Part shown: positions 1 to 7,676 of the stretch, one piece after another
Layout: each line of letters starts with the position of its first letter
Numbering within the stretch: the stretch's first letter is position 1
Source: a virus
Taxonomy: Duplodnaviria > Caudoviricetes
Length of the DNA stretch: 35,920 nucleotides
IMG/VR virus record: IMGVR_UViG_3300032301_000803
Coordinates: 1-35,920 of that record
Reading direction: 5' to 3' (one strand)
Position numbers and translations under genes: made by a program
Notes under the pieces: model-generated
Database searches by the model: none
Told to the model about the DNA's origin: nothing
What the model saw: the letters and a program-made list of their open reading frames with translations, nothing else

Positions 1-43
1 AAACCACCGCCTTTACCCCAGCAGACTTTGGCGGGGTCGATCC
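1..43 (+). repeat. Terminal overlap with 35878-35920 (38/43 identical, 26-nt exact core 9-34)
   Basis: aaaccaccGCCTTTACCCCAGCAGACTTTGGCGGggtcgatcc vs aaactactGCCTTTACCCCAGCAGACTTTGGCGGctttgatcc. Confidence 0.95.
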
Positions 44-239
44 CTACTATCAAATTACCTTTACCGCTGATAACGATTCACTCCAACGCTTTGTCGCGTT
101 TAATGGCGTAGCCGATAACTCTGACGCTATCCCAGCCATAGGCGAAGTCGAATGGATCTACGGGGGCAAGGTCTACAGCTCCAAACCATTGACCGTGAAT
201 ATCGTTCCAGAAATCGAACGGGAAATATCGGACGTCTAA
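3..239 (+). CDS. C-terminal part of NHL/Ig-like tail adhesin (continues from 33819 across the junction)
   Basis: Open frame TTAFTPADFGGVDPYYQITF...EREISDV* ending TAA 237-239, overlapping next ATG. Same peptide as the window end. Confidence 0.85.
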   Translation, partial: TTAFTPADFGGVDPYYQITFTADNDSLQRFVAFNGVADNSDAIPAIGEVEWIYGGKVYSSKPLTVNIVPEIEREISDV

Positions 240-574
240 TGGCCGCCTCCTACGACATCACGATTGAGCAGGGCACAGATTGGACGCGGGATCTATTCCT
301 CACTACTGCCACCCAAGGCACGATTAGCCTAGCGGGCCGGACGTTCACCGCTCAGATCCGCCAGATGCCAGGGGGCACGGTGGTAACGCAGATTGCGACT
401 AGCGTAGTGTCGGCGGCCGGTGGGCAACTACGGCTTACCGTTTCCAGCGCCGCCAGCTTGCTCGTGCCTACCAGCGGTGCCAAGTACGACTTAATCCAAG
501 TAACTAGCGCCGGGATCGCTACCCGCCTACTGGAAGGCGTGGTGACACTATCCCCAAGGATTACCATACCATGA
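239..574 (+). CDS. Virion structural protein, BppU/baseplate-upper-like
   Basis: TAATG coupling at 237-241. YDITIEQGTDW...FTAQIR...YDL...RLLEG.V...P.IT pattern typical of phage distal tail proteins. Confidence 0.7.
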   Translation: MAASYDITIEQGTDWTRDLFLTTATQGTISLAGRTFTAQIRQMPGGTVVTQIATSVVSAAGGQLRLTVSSAASLLVPTSGAKYDLIQVTSAGIATRLLEGVVTLSPRITIP

Positions 575-1995
575 GCGATATTTACCTACAGATCACAGAA
601 ACGCCCACCGTCGTCACATTAAGCGCACCCGTTATCTCTGGGGCACTTTCATCTACCGTCACCGTGGCCAATGTGGTCAGCGTGAACGTCGTGACGATGC
701 CGGCCATTACCGTGCAAGCCTCCGCTCCATCCGTGACCACCGTGGCTGGCACGGTCACCATCGGCAAGCTTCCCGCCATCTCTGGTACGGTGACGGCGAA
801 TATAGGAAACGCTGGAAGGTATGACAACGGAGGCGACTCATTAAGAATGGATTTAACGGCAGTTAGAGGTCAAGATGCTGCGCTCTTTTTACGAGAGGGG
901 GGTGGAAATGTCCCCATCTCTGGAGCGGTGACGGCGAACGCTGGAAGTGGTTTTCCCGCCGTAATCTATTCTGGGATTCTTCAATATATAGATACCGAAG
1001 GATCTATTCCAGTCTCCATCGATCCTTTGCCCGCTGGCACAAACCGCATTGGGGTAGTTACCGTTGGCAATAGCGTAACCATTAGCTCGCTTCCGAATGT
1101 TAAAATACAAGGATTTAACGCAGGAGGTGCAGGGCAATATATAGATATTGGAGTAACTGAGCAGGGTGCTGTTCCTGTAGTTTTGGACTCAGCATTACCA
1201 CCAGGAACAGCACAGATCGGCTCTGTCACCGCCAACAATCAAAACCTTACTACTGGGTCTGGCTCTGTCTCTGGAACATCAGCCGTCGGTACAGATGTTC
1301 TTGCCTCAACCGATGTAAGTGGTTTTGCCGAGATGATGATTCAATTTACTGGGAGTTTTCCAACAAGTGCAAATGCTCAATTCCAAGTATCAAATGATAA
1401 CTCCACATTTGTGTCTCAAGCTGCCTTACAAGTTGGTTTTACATCTCCTCAGGCAACTATCAGTGCGCTTGGAATGTATAAAATAAGTCTTGGTGGCGCA
1501 AGGTACATAAGGCTCAGAGTAACTGTGCAGGGATCAGCAAATAATTATAATTATTCATATACACTTAATCCAAGAACATCATTTAACTCTACCCAGCCAG
1601 TTCATGTTAGTTCGCTCGTATCGTTACCCAGTGGCACAAACCGTATTGGCGTAGTGACGATCGGGGCGGGCACAGTAACTATTGGAGCAGGAACGGAACA
1701 GATCGGCTCTGTCACCGCCAGTTTAGCAATATCTTCTTCTGTCATCACTTCTGGAAGTTTTACTTCGCTATCTTCAGCTACACTTGTTCCCGCAAATACT
1801 GCTCGCAAAATGGCTACTGTCTACAACCTAGGAGCAGGGCAATTATTTATTAACGCAGGAGCAAGCGCGACCACACTCGGAGGTGGATTTATGGTTGTTT
1901 TATCTGGCGGAGATTTCTACGAGTGCGACTATACAACCACCACCCTCTCAGCCATCTTCGCCACCGCTGGCACAGCCAGTTGGTTCAGTCATTAA
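571..1995 (+). CDS. Tail fibre/receptor-binding-like protein with internal repeats
   Basis: 474 aa, S/T/G/V-rich, repeated LPxGTNRIGVVT and GTxQIGSVTA motifs, ATGA overlap. Confidence 0.7.
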   Translation: MSDIYLQITETPTVVTLSAPVISGALSSTVTVANVVSVNVVTMPAITVQASAPSVTTVAGTVTIGKLPAISGTVTANIGNAGRYDNGGDSLRMDLTAVRGQDAALFLREGGGNVPISGAVTANAGSGFPAVIYSGILQYIDTEGSIPVSIDPLPAGTNRIGVVTVGNSVTISSLPNVKIQGFNAGGAGQYIDIGVTEQGAVPVVLDSALPPGTAQIGSVTANNQNLTTGSGSVSGTSAVGTDVLASTDVSGFAEMMIQFTGSFPTSANAQFQVSNDNSTFVSQAALQVGFTSPQATISALGMYKISLGGARYIRLRVTVQGSANNYNYSYTLNPRTSFNSTQPVHVSSLVSLPSGTNRIGVVTIGAGTVTIGAGTEQIGSVTASLAISSSVITSGSFTSLSSATLVPANTARKMATVYNLGAGQLFINAGASATTLGGGFMVVLSGGDFYECDYTTTTLSAIFATAGTASWFSH

Positions 1996-2005
1996 GGAGT
2001 ATGCG

Positions 2006-2677
2006 ATGCCTTTAACAAGAGGAACATTTGCGCCAGCCACGGCAACCCAAGCTGGAGGAGTTGGCTTTGTACCATCACCCTCTGCAGGGGATCAGGGTAA
2101 GTTTTTAAGGGCAGATGCAACATTTAAATCAATTTCTTCAAACCTAGCTCCAACAACTGTAACGAGAAGGGCAAACGGCATTTCCTTTGTTGGTGCAGAT
2201 GCCACATACAATACCAGAACAACAAACTCTGGTTTTGTTCTTTTCGCCCCTATTTATATTAGAGAAACAAAATCATATACAACATTTTCTGTTTATATCA
2301 GCTCATCTGGCACTGCATCAAGCGTTGGCAAAATTGCTGTTTATTCAATATCATCCTCTGCTTCCCCAAGCGCTTTAATTTGCCAAAGTGGCACCTTTGC
2401 AACTGACTCAACCGGAGTAAAACAGCCCACAATGTCTGCAACTGTCATTAGTGATGGATGGTATTATGTAGCGGTTGGAACAAACAGCGCCGGAAATGTT
2501 GGGTTCTATGGCAACCAACAAAACTTTGCTAGGGGCATGATTTCAGGAACGGTTGGCGGGAATCCTTCCGTAATGATTGATTACTCATCAAAGCCATACG
2601 CAGATTTATGGCCAGCTACATGGGATGGGTCTGACGCCTATGTATCAGCTAATCATTTTATTTGTGAACTAACATGA
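2006..2677 (+). CDS. Tail fibre-associated protein
   Basis: AAGGAG SD at 1994-1999. N-terminal GFVPSPSAGDQGKFLRADATF resembles the common phage fibre motif GLVPAPxxGDQxKFLRGDGTW. Confidence 0.7.
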   Translation: MPLTRGTFAPATATQAGGVGFVPSPSAGDQGKFLRADATFKSISSNLAPTTVTRRANGISFVGADATYNTRTTNSGFVLFAPIYIRETKSYTTFSVYISSSGTASSVGKIAVYSISSSASPSALICQSGTFATDSTGVKQPTMSATVISDGWYYVAVGTNSAGNVGFYGNQQNFARGMISGTVGGNPSVMIDYSSKPYADLWPATWDGSDAYVSANHFICELT

Positions 2678-2997
2678 AAATACAAAAATTTTCTCCAGAC
2701 GGAACTTGCATTCTTGATATTGATGATCGTTCTTTAACCGATGCCAAGGCCGAGAGAATAAACATTATGAAAATGTTTTGCTCGCAAGCGATTGCGGAAG
2801 CTGGATTAGACCAGATAACGCAAACCAACGCTGTTGCAGGCATCTATCCGTTAGAGCGTTGCGAAGCTATCAAGCACTTTATTTCTGAATGTCGAAACGA
2901 GTACCTGCGATGCAAGGCTCTCATTCTTTCCGCAAAGACTAATAACGAGGCCGATGCCGTGAAATTTACAGCACCAACCACACCAAACGTTATCTAA
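2674..2997 (+). CDS. Putative tail fibre assembly/chaperone-like protein
   Basis: 107 aa helical ORF directly after fibre gene, ATGA overlap. Function from position only. Confidence 0.5.
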   Translation: MKIQKFSPDGTCILDIDDRSLTDAKAERINIMKMFCSQAIAEAGLDQITQTNAVAGIYPLERCEAIKHFISECRNEYLRCKALILSAKTNNEADAVKFTAPTTPNVI

Positions 2998-2998
2998 A

Positions 2999-3073
2999 AT
3001 GCCCCTCCTCCTCCTCGCCCTCTTGCTTTGCTCCTGCTCGCCAATGCCAGACCGCTACGGATTTACCCAATGA
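2999..3073 (+). CDS. Very small lipoprotein-like peptide (24 aa)
   Basis: MPLLLLALLLCSCSPMPDRYGFTQ*: hydrophobic stretch plus LCSC lipobox. Stop overlaps next ATG (ATGA). Confidence 0.45.
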   Translation: MPLLLLALLLCSCSPMPDRYGFTQ

Positions 3074-3222
3074 GAGTCGCTATGCCCATCGTAGCTCTGT
3101 TTTTGATTTTGTTTCTTCCCGTATGTCTGATCGGTTGCTTTGGCGACACTGGAACAATTCAAGAACAGCTACCAGGATACAGCGACATGGGGGCAGCCGC
3201 CGATGCGGGCAAGGTAAAATGA
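3070..3222 (+). CDS. Small lipoprotein (50 aa)
   Basis: MRVAMPIVALFLILFLPVCLIGC... signal peptide with LIGC lipobox. Confidence 0.55.
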   Translation: MRVAMPIVALFLILFLPVCLIGCFGDTGTIQEQLPGYSDMGAAADAGKVK

Positions 3223-3378
3223 ATGACTGCGCCCGACGATCGCAACACGCCCGGCTGGCGTGAATTTACTGCCAGCCTACGCTTTTTAGAGGCAGAAGGA
3301 TTTATTGTTCGATGGACGGACGCTCAGGGTAATGAGTGGGTGCGGATTGCGGATGGAGCTGAGAACGCCACGCTATGA
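3223..3378 (+). CDS. Hypothetical protein (51 aa)
   Basis: MTAPDDRNTPGWREFTASLRFLEAEG...ENATL*. Fills the gap exactly, ATGA overlap with next gene. Confidence 0.65.
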   Translation: MTAPDDRNTPGWREFTASLRFLEAEGFIVRWTDAQGNEWVRIADGAENATL

Positions 3379-3635
3379 GCGCCGACCAAGTCGCCGAACT
3401 TTCTGAACGGTTGAGCCTAGTCCGAGAATCAATCGCAAGAATCGAAACCCGCCAGTCGGTCATTCTGAATTTATTAGAACGCTCACAAGCCAGCCTGGGC
3501 GAGTACCACGGCCGTCTTACTAACATGGAACGCGACGCTCACACCATTAAAACGAAGCTGTGGCTAGTGGCTTTAGTGTCCGGGGCAGTAGTCAGCACGG
3601 CCTGGGAGTTGATTAAGCGTCGGTTCAGCCTTTGA
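3375..3635 (+). CDS. Coiled-coil protein with C-terminal TM helix (XhlA/holin-associated-like)
   Basis: Heptad-rich N-terminus, LWLVALVSGAVVSTAW TM, start of lysis block. Confidence 0.6.
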   Translation: MSADQVAELSERLSLVRESIARIETRQSVILNLLERSQASLGEYHGRLTNMERDAHTIKTKLWLVALVSGAVVSTAWELIKRRFSL

Positions 3636-3637
3636 CA
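3632..3637 (+). promoter_or_regulatory. TTGACA late-gene motif, 13 nt before ATG 3651
   Basis: One of seven TTGACA sites 13-19 nt upstream of late-gene starts. Confidence 0.65.
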
Positions 3638-3650
3638 CCCCGCCAGGGGC

Positions 3651-3821
3651 ATGGAACAACTCATCCCCCAACTACTTAAAATCGATTGGCTTGGCGCTCT
3701 TGGCGCAGTTACCGCCCTACTGGCAGCCGTTGCCGCCGTGGCGGCTTTTATCCCAGGTGAAGAACCAGAGCGCACCCTCGGTCGCATAGTGGATTTTCTG
3801 TCTAAGTTTAGTCGCAAGTAG
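3651..3821 (+). CDS. Putative holin (56 aa)
   Basis: MEQLIPQLLKIDWLGALGAVTALLAAVAAVAAFIPG...FSRK*: one TM, basic C-terminus, upstream of endolysin. Not in ORF track. Confidence 0.6.
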   Translation: MEQLIPQLLKIDWLGALGAVTALLAAVAAVAAFIPGEEPERTLGRIVDFLSKFSRK

Positions 3822-3827
3822 TCGCCC

Positions 3828-3998
3828 ATGATCGCCGGCATCCTCACGGCGTTGGGCGGGATAATCGGGATCGTGCTCTGGTTCTTAAAACGCAAGACGC
3901 CATTACAGCGTAATTTTGAAGCAATCGAAAAAGAACGCCGAAACAGACAAAGAGACATTAATGATTGGTGGACGAAACGCCCTCCTACTGATTCTTAG
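3828..3998 (+). CDS. Putative i-spanin (56 aa)
   Basis: MIAGILTALGGIIGIVLWFLKRK... N-terminal TM plus charged helix, overlaps the lipoprotein gene. Confidence 0.55.
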   Translation: MIAGILTALGGIIGIVLWFLKRKTPLQRNFEAIEKERRNRQRDINDWWTKRPPTDS

Positions 3999-4209
3999 TC
4001 TTGCACTGTGCTCCTGTGCGACCACGTCCCAAACGCAAGACGGCCCGCCGCCTAGCCCGGACAGCATCAGTTATTTCATCTACGCCTGGGACAAAGCCGA
4101 ACGCACAAACCCTCCGTGCCCACAAGCTTATCGAGACTTATTTGCGGAATCGCTCAAAGCGCTTTCTGATAGCTTGGCAGAAACTCAACGCGAGCGAGCG
4201 AGGCAGTGA
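3961..4209 (+). CDS. Putative o-spanin lipoprotein
   Basis: MIGGRNALLLILSLALCSC lipobox, Pro-rich linker, partially overlapped spanin-pair layout. Confidence 0.6.
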   Translation: MIGGRNALLLILSLALCSCATTSQTQDGPPPSPDSISYFIYAWDKAERTNPPCPQAYRDLFAESLKALSDSLAETQRERARQ

Positions 4210-4724
4210 CAAGCCTGGCGGAAGCTAGTTCGCGCACCTTGCGGGCGATTGATTCCCTAGACGCCAGCTTTCAAAAACAGGTTAGGGGATGGGTGAATGA
4301 AATGGTAACGAGCCGGATTGAGCCACTGATCTACTGCGGTAGGCGAACGATGGAAGAGCAGGCCGCGCTTTACGCGAAAGGCAGGACGGCTGGCGGCCGA
4401 ATTGTGACCAAGGCCAAGCCAGGGGAAAGTTATCACAACTACGGCCTCGCGTTCGACTGGGTGCCGCTAAAGCAGTCAGGCAAAAACGCTGATCTATGGA
4501 TTGCCGATTGGGACAACGAAACCGCTTTCCGCCTCGGCGAGCACGTGGGAATTTCATTCCGTTTGGCTGGGATTAGCTGGGAAACAGGCCACTTGCAAAG
4601 CAGTGACTACAAGAGCTGGCGTGACATCTCACGCAACCCTGTGGAACAAGTGCAGGCCAAGGACATCCGCAAAAAGAGCAAGGCCACAAGCCTAGTCAGC
4701 AACAAGCCGTGGAGTTCACGGTGA
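4206..4724 (+). CDS. Endolysin, peptidase M15 family (L-Ala-D-Glu peptidase-like)
   Basis: RTMEEQAALYAKGRT, SYHNYGLAFD and WETGHLQ motifs. Confidence 0.9.
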   Translation: MTSLAEASSRTLRAIDSLDASFQKQVRGWVNEMVTSRIEPLIYCGRRTMEEQAALYAKGRTAGGRIVTKAKPGESYHNYGLAFDWVPLKQSGKNADLWIADWDNETAFRLGEHVGISFRLAGISWETGHLQSSDYKSWRDISRNPVEQVQAKDIRKKSKATSLVSNKPWSSR

Positions 4725-5035
4725 CGCCCGAACACGAGAAGCATCTAGCGGGCATTCTGCGCGATTTAACTAGGGATCTGGACGCCAAGTACCGCCGGGG
4801 CCAAGACGAGCACGGTGGTGCGCTTTGGCGTAGGCCCGTGTGGAAGGATGCTTGGGAAGAAGTGCTCGATCTATGCACCTACGTGCACACCCTTAAAATG
4901 CAGCTCTCCGTCATCGCGGAGATTGCGCTAATCGGTGCTGCCGACGAAAGCGTGGTGGCGGCACAATCGCGGGAAAGTTGCCGCCAGATTCTTGCTGTGC
5001 TCGAAGGGTTCCCGTCGGCCGCCGATAAGAAATGA
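4721..5035 (+). CDS. Hypothetical protein, possibly all-alpha NTP pyrophosphatase-like
   Basis: GTGA overlap start. KY..G...HG and EEVLDLCTY (EExxD) motif. Confidence 0.5.
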   Translation: MTPEHEKHLAGILRDLTRDLDAKYRRGQDEHGGALWRRPVWKDAWEEVLDLCTYVHTLKMQLSVIAEIALIGAADESVVAAQSRESCRQILAVLEGFPSAADKK

Positions 5036-5775
5036 AAGTAGTTCGCAAGTGGAAACGGTGGCTGGCGGTGAGCTGTAGCCACGGACACCTGGCAAATGCG
5101 GCCGCGTGCAAGGCTGCGCTGGAAATGAAGCGCAGATGGCAACCAGACATGACTCTCCACCTCGGCGATTTTGTCGATCTGTCCGGCTTAATGGGTAGCG
5201 CGAGGAAAGATCCAGATTCGCCCGAACGCACCGCATCCATCCGTGAGGACTTTGACGCTGGCCTTAATTTCGTTCGAGAAATGGCGCCACGTTACATTTT
5301 TGAGGGAAACCATGAGCACCGCCTAACGGCTCTACAATACTCGCCAAGCGCGATCGTCGCTCATTGCTGCACGTCGGCGAAGTCGGAAATCTATAATATG
5401 TGCAAGGATTTAAAGGCGCAGTATGTGCCTTATGATATTGAGAAAGGCTGGCGGGATCTTGGCGGTACGGCATTTGGCCACGGGTTTATGTTTTCAGAAT
5501 CAGCCGTGCGTGACCACGTAGAAATGGTCAGAAAGCCTGTTGTGATGGGCCATTTGCACCGGGTGGATAGGATCGCAGGCCGCAGCATTGGCGCACCCGT
5601 GGGCTGGTCGATCGGTTGCCTAGCCGATATTGCAAGCATGCACTACGCCCGGCGCCAGCGGTCGGTTACCAGGTGGCAGCATGGAATAGCCTGGGGCGAG
5701 TACGTAGAGGGCGGGCAGGGATGCACGGTCAACGTGCTCTCGCCAGTAGGAGGCGTGTGGCGGTACCCAGTGTAA
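5032..5775 (+). CDS. Calcineurin-like metallophosphoesterase
   Basis: LGDFVD, GNHE, GHG and GHLH motifs. First motif reads SCSH rather than xDxH. Confidence 0.85.
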   Translation: MKVVRKWKRWLAVSCSHGHLANAAACKAALEMKRRWQPDMTLHLGDFVDLSGLMGSARKDPDSPERTASIREDFDAGLNFVREMAPRYIFEGNHEHRLTALQYSPSAIVAHCCTSAKSEIYNMCKDLKAQYVPYDIEKGWRDLGGTAFGHGFMFSESAVRDHVEMVRKPVVMGHLHRVDRIAGRSIGAPVGWSIGCLADIASMHYARRQRSVTRWQHGIAWGEYVEGGQGCTVNVLSPVGGVWRYPV

Positions 5776-6056
5776 AGTCAGATTGGGCGACTGTCCTAAC
5801 GGAGTATGTCGCTGGGTATCGTCAGGAAGTAGTGCCAACCGGGTGGCTAACCAAAAAACAGATAGCCGAGCTGTGGGGTAAGTCGTCAAATTATGCCAAT
5901 AAACTTTTAGCGCACTTGGTTAAAGACGGCAGAGCCGAAAGAAAAAGTTATGTGATCCGCCTGCCTCACGTTGATGCAAAGGGAAAGAAGTTTTTAGGCC
6001 ACTGCCGCAAGGTACCGCACTACCGCCTGATTTTAGGCAAATCGCCCAAAAACTAA
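5757..6056 (+). CDS. Winged-HTH DNA-binding protein (start uncertain)
   Basis: WLTKKQIAELWGKSSNYANKLLAHLVKDG. GTG 5757 after AGGAGG. Confidence 0.6.
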   Translation: MAVPSVKSDWATVLTEYVAGYRQEVVPTGWLTKKQIAELWGKSSNYANKLLAHLVKDGRAERKSYVIRLPHVDAKGKKFLGHCRKVPHYRLILGKSPKN

Positions 6057-6196
6057 CGTCTATTTTGTTTCGCCAGCTCTTTAACGAGCAGAGTGGTGAT
6101 ATATGCCGAAAGGGATAATCCGCTTTTTTTGGCAAGACGCTCACCGTTCCGCTTTACTTTTGGGTCTATTGTAAGGTTCGTTTTCGCCTTTTTCAT
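6053..6196 (-). CDS. Ribbon-helix-helix protein 1 (47 aa), candidate immunity repressor
   Basis: MKKAKTNLTIDPKVKRNGERLAKKSGLSLSAYITTLLVKELAKQNRR*: CopG/Arc-type strand-helix-GxS-helix pattern. Below ORF-track cutoff. Confidence 0.8.
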   Translation of the reverse strand: MKKAKTNLTIDPKVKRNGERLAKKSGLSLSAYITTLLVKELAKQNRR

Positions 6197-6303
6197 AGGG
6201 AGGATTGTATGCGTAATAAATACGCATTCAAGTTTAAAAAGAAAAGTTAATGCCCAAAAGAAAAGTGTTGCTAATACGCCGTCTGTGCGTATGCAAGGCG
6301 TAT
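6197..6303. promoter_or_regulatory. Divergent leaderless promoters with GCGTA/TACGC operator array
   Basis: Leftward TTGAAT(6231-6226)-16-TACAAT(6209-6204)-7-ATG. Rightward TTGCTA(6268-6273)-16-TATGCA(6290-6295)-6-ATG. IR ATGCGTA-ATAAA-TACGCAT at 6209-6227. GCGTA/TACGC at 6211, 6221, 6275, 6287, 6298. Confidence 0.7.
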
Positions 6304-6463
6304 GCCTCGTCGTCCACTTAGCGGGTTTAAGTCTGAAAAGACAAACATAGTTCTGCCCGTTGCGGTGAAAAAAGCATCACAAAAACTTGCCGCTGCCCGT
6401 CGTATTTCGCTTTCCCAACTTATAACCCAACTGCTCGCAAAAGCATCGGGAGAGCAAAGCTAG
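6302..6463 (+). CDS. Ribbon-helix-helix protein 2 (53 aa), candidate Cro analogue
   Basis: MPRRPLSGFKSEKTNIVLPVAVKKASQKLAAARRISLSQLITQLLAKASGEQS*. Shares KTN.....VK.....LA.....SLS..IT.LL.K with RHH1. Confidence 0.8.
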   Translation: MPRRPLSGFKSEKTNIVLPVAVKKASQKLAAARRISLSQLITQLLAKASGEQS

Positions 6464-6469
6464 ATACTT

Positions 6470-6838
6470 ATGAGCTTGGGGCGCCTCAACGATATTGCCA
6501 TGAAACTGCGTCAGCAGAACCAAGCTCTTTCCCTTCGCCAGCTAGGCGCCGCTTACGGGCTGGGCTACGTACGGATCAAGCAAATGCAGGCGTTGCCTGG
6601 ATTCCCGCTGCTCGCGGGTAAGGTAATTCCGAGTGATTTTGATCAGTGGCGACTGATACGGACGACTGGCCTAAATTCACTGCATCGCGGAGATCGTCCA
6701 CACAGTGCCTCTGGTAAAGTTCATGCACTAAAGTCGACGAGTGATTCACAAGTCTCATGGCGACAGATTGAGAACAGCCTGAAAGCCGCAGTCTCGTCAC
6801 TCGGGTTACCCGAAGGGAGTGAAAGCAGTGACGCTTAA
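6470..6838 (+). CDS. Excisionase/AlpA-like HTH protein with C-terminal extension antisense to integrase
   Basis: LSLRQLGAAYGLGYVRIKQMQ..PGFP....FDQW pattern, adjacent and convergent to integrase. Confidence 0.6.
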   Translation: MSLGRLNDIAMKLRQQNQALSLRQLGAAYGLGYVRIKQMQALPGFPLLAGKVIPSDFDQWRLIRTTGLNSLHRGDRPHSASGKVHALKSTSDSQVSWRQIENSLKAAVSSLGLPEGSESSDA

Positions 6839-7676
6839 GCCCGCAAATATCCAGCAAGCGACGCCAGCAAAGCGAGGCTCGCGTGCGGGGCACTTCGCAA
6901 GTGATCTCGCGGCCCTCGGCCTTCATCTTGGCGAGCATGGGTTCGATGGCGGCCGGGATGGGAATGCTAAAGGATTTACCCGTGCCACCCTTGGGGCAGG
7001 GGAACGTAAGGATGCGATTCTTGAGATCCACGCAGTCGAGCGGGATTTGTGTCTCACGCAGGCGGCAGCCAGTAGCCAGGGCGATCTCAAAACTTACCCT
7101 CATCCATTCGGGCACACCGTCGACGGCCAAGGCTTTCCGGGTGATTTTAATTTCATTGTCCGAAAAGACAGGTTTAACGCGGGAGATCGGCCCCCTCTTA
7201 ATTCGGTAATCCAGAAGAGCGACAGAATCCATCTTTCCAAACAGTCGGCCTTGCCTGTGAATCCATTTAAGAATCTTCAAGTCCTGGCACGCTTGGTTTC
7301 GCCCAGCCTTACCCCCGGACGTGTGCGGCAGGCTCTGGCGCCATCGCAAATAAATTTCACAATCGGACGCAGAAAACGCTTGCAGGGTTATTTTTTTCTC
7401 ACTAATAAAACGAGCAAGATGACGCCAGCAGTTCCTGTAATAAACTTTTGTCAGAGCGGAAACGGGATGATTTTCGATCAAATCATCAACCCAATCGCTG
7501 CCGCAATCTTTGCGCTTCTCATTAACGCCAAGTCTAGCGGCCTCGGCCGTTGCCTTTGCGCGATGCAGGGTATTGTCGATTCGGTAGCGGGTGCTTTTGC
7601 TACGCCATTTTCCAGTCGGGTCTTTAAAACGAATAAAGAACCAAGGGCTGCCGCGTTTCTGATAAGAATACGCCAT
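6576..7676 (-). CDS. int: Tyrosine recombinase (phage integrase)
   Basis: TGCRLRE (R), PKGG (K), HSLR, VNH and ELY catalytic residues. N-terminal arm-binding-like WFFIRFKDPTGKWRSKST. Confidence 0.95.
   Translation of the reverse strand: MAYSYQKRGSPWFFIRFKDPTGKWRSKSTRYRIDNTLHRAKATAEAARLGVNEKRKDCGSDWVDDLIENHPVSALTKVYYRNCWRHLARFISEKKITLQAFSASDCEIYLRWRQSLPHTSGGKAGRNQACQDLKILKWIHRQGRLFGKMDSVALLDYRIKRGPISRVKPVFSDNEIKITRKALAVDGVPEWMRVSFEIALATGCRLRETQIPLDCVDLKNRILTFPCPKGGTGKSFSIPIPAAIEPMLAKMKAEGREITCEVPRTRASLCWRRLLDICGLKRHCFHSLRVTRVTRLRLSGCSQSVAMRLVNHSSTLVHELYQRHCVDDLRDAVNLGQSSVSVATDQNHSELPYPRAAGIQATPAFA

Noticed and set aside
152-238. Track start of the 140-aa ORF
   Set aside because: This stretch belongs to the adhesin C-terminus in another frame. 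ATG 239 (TAATG) is the coupled start.
6093-6350. 85-aa plus-strand ORF in the switch region
   Set aside because: Conflicts with the two better-supported RHH genes and their promoters.
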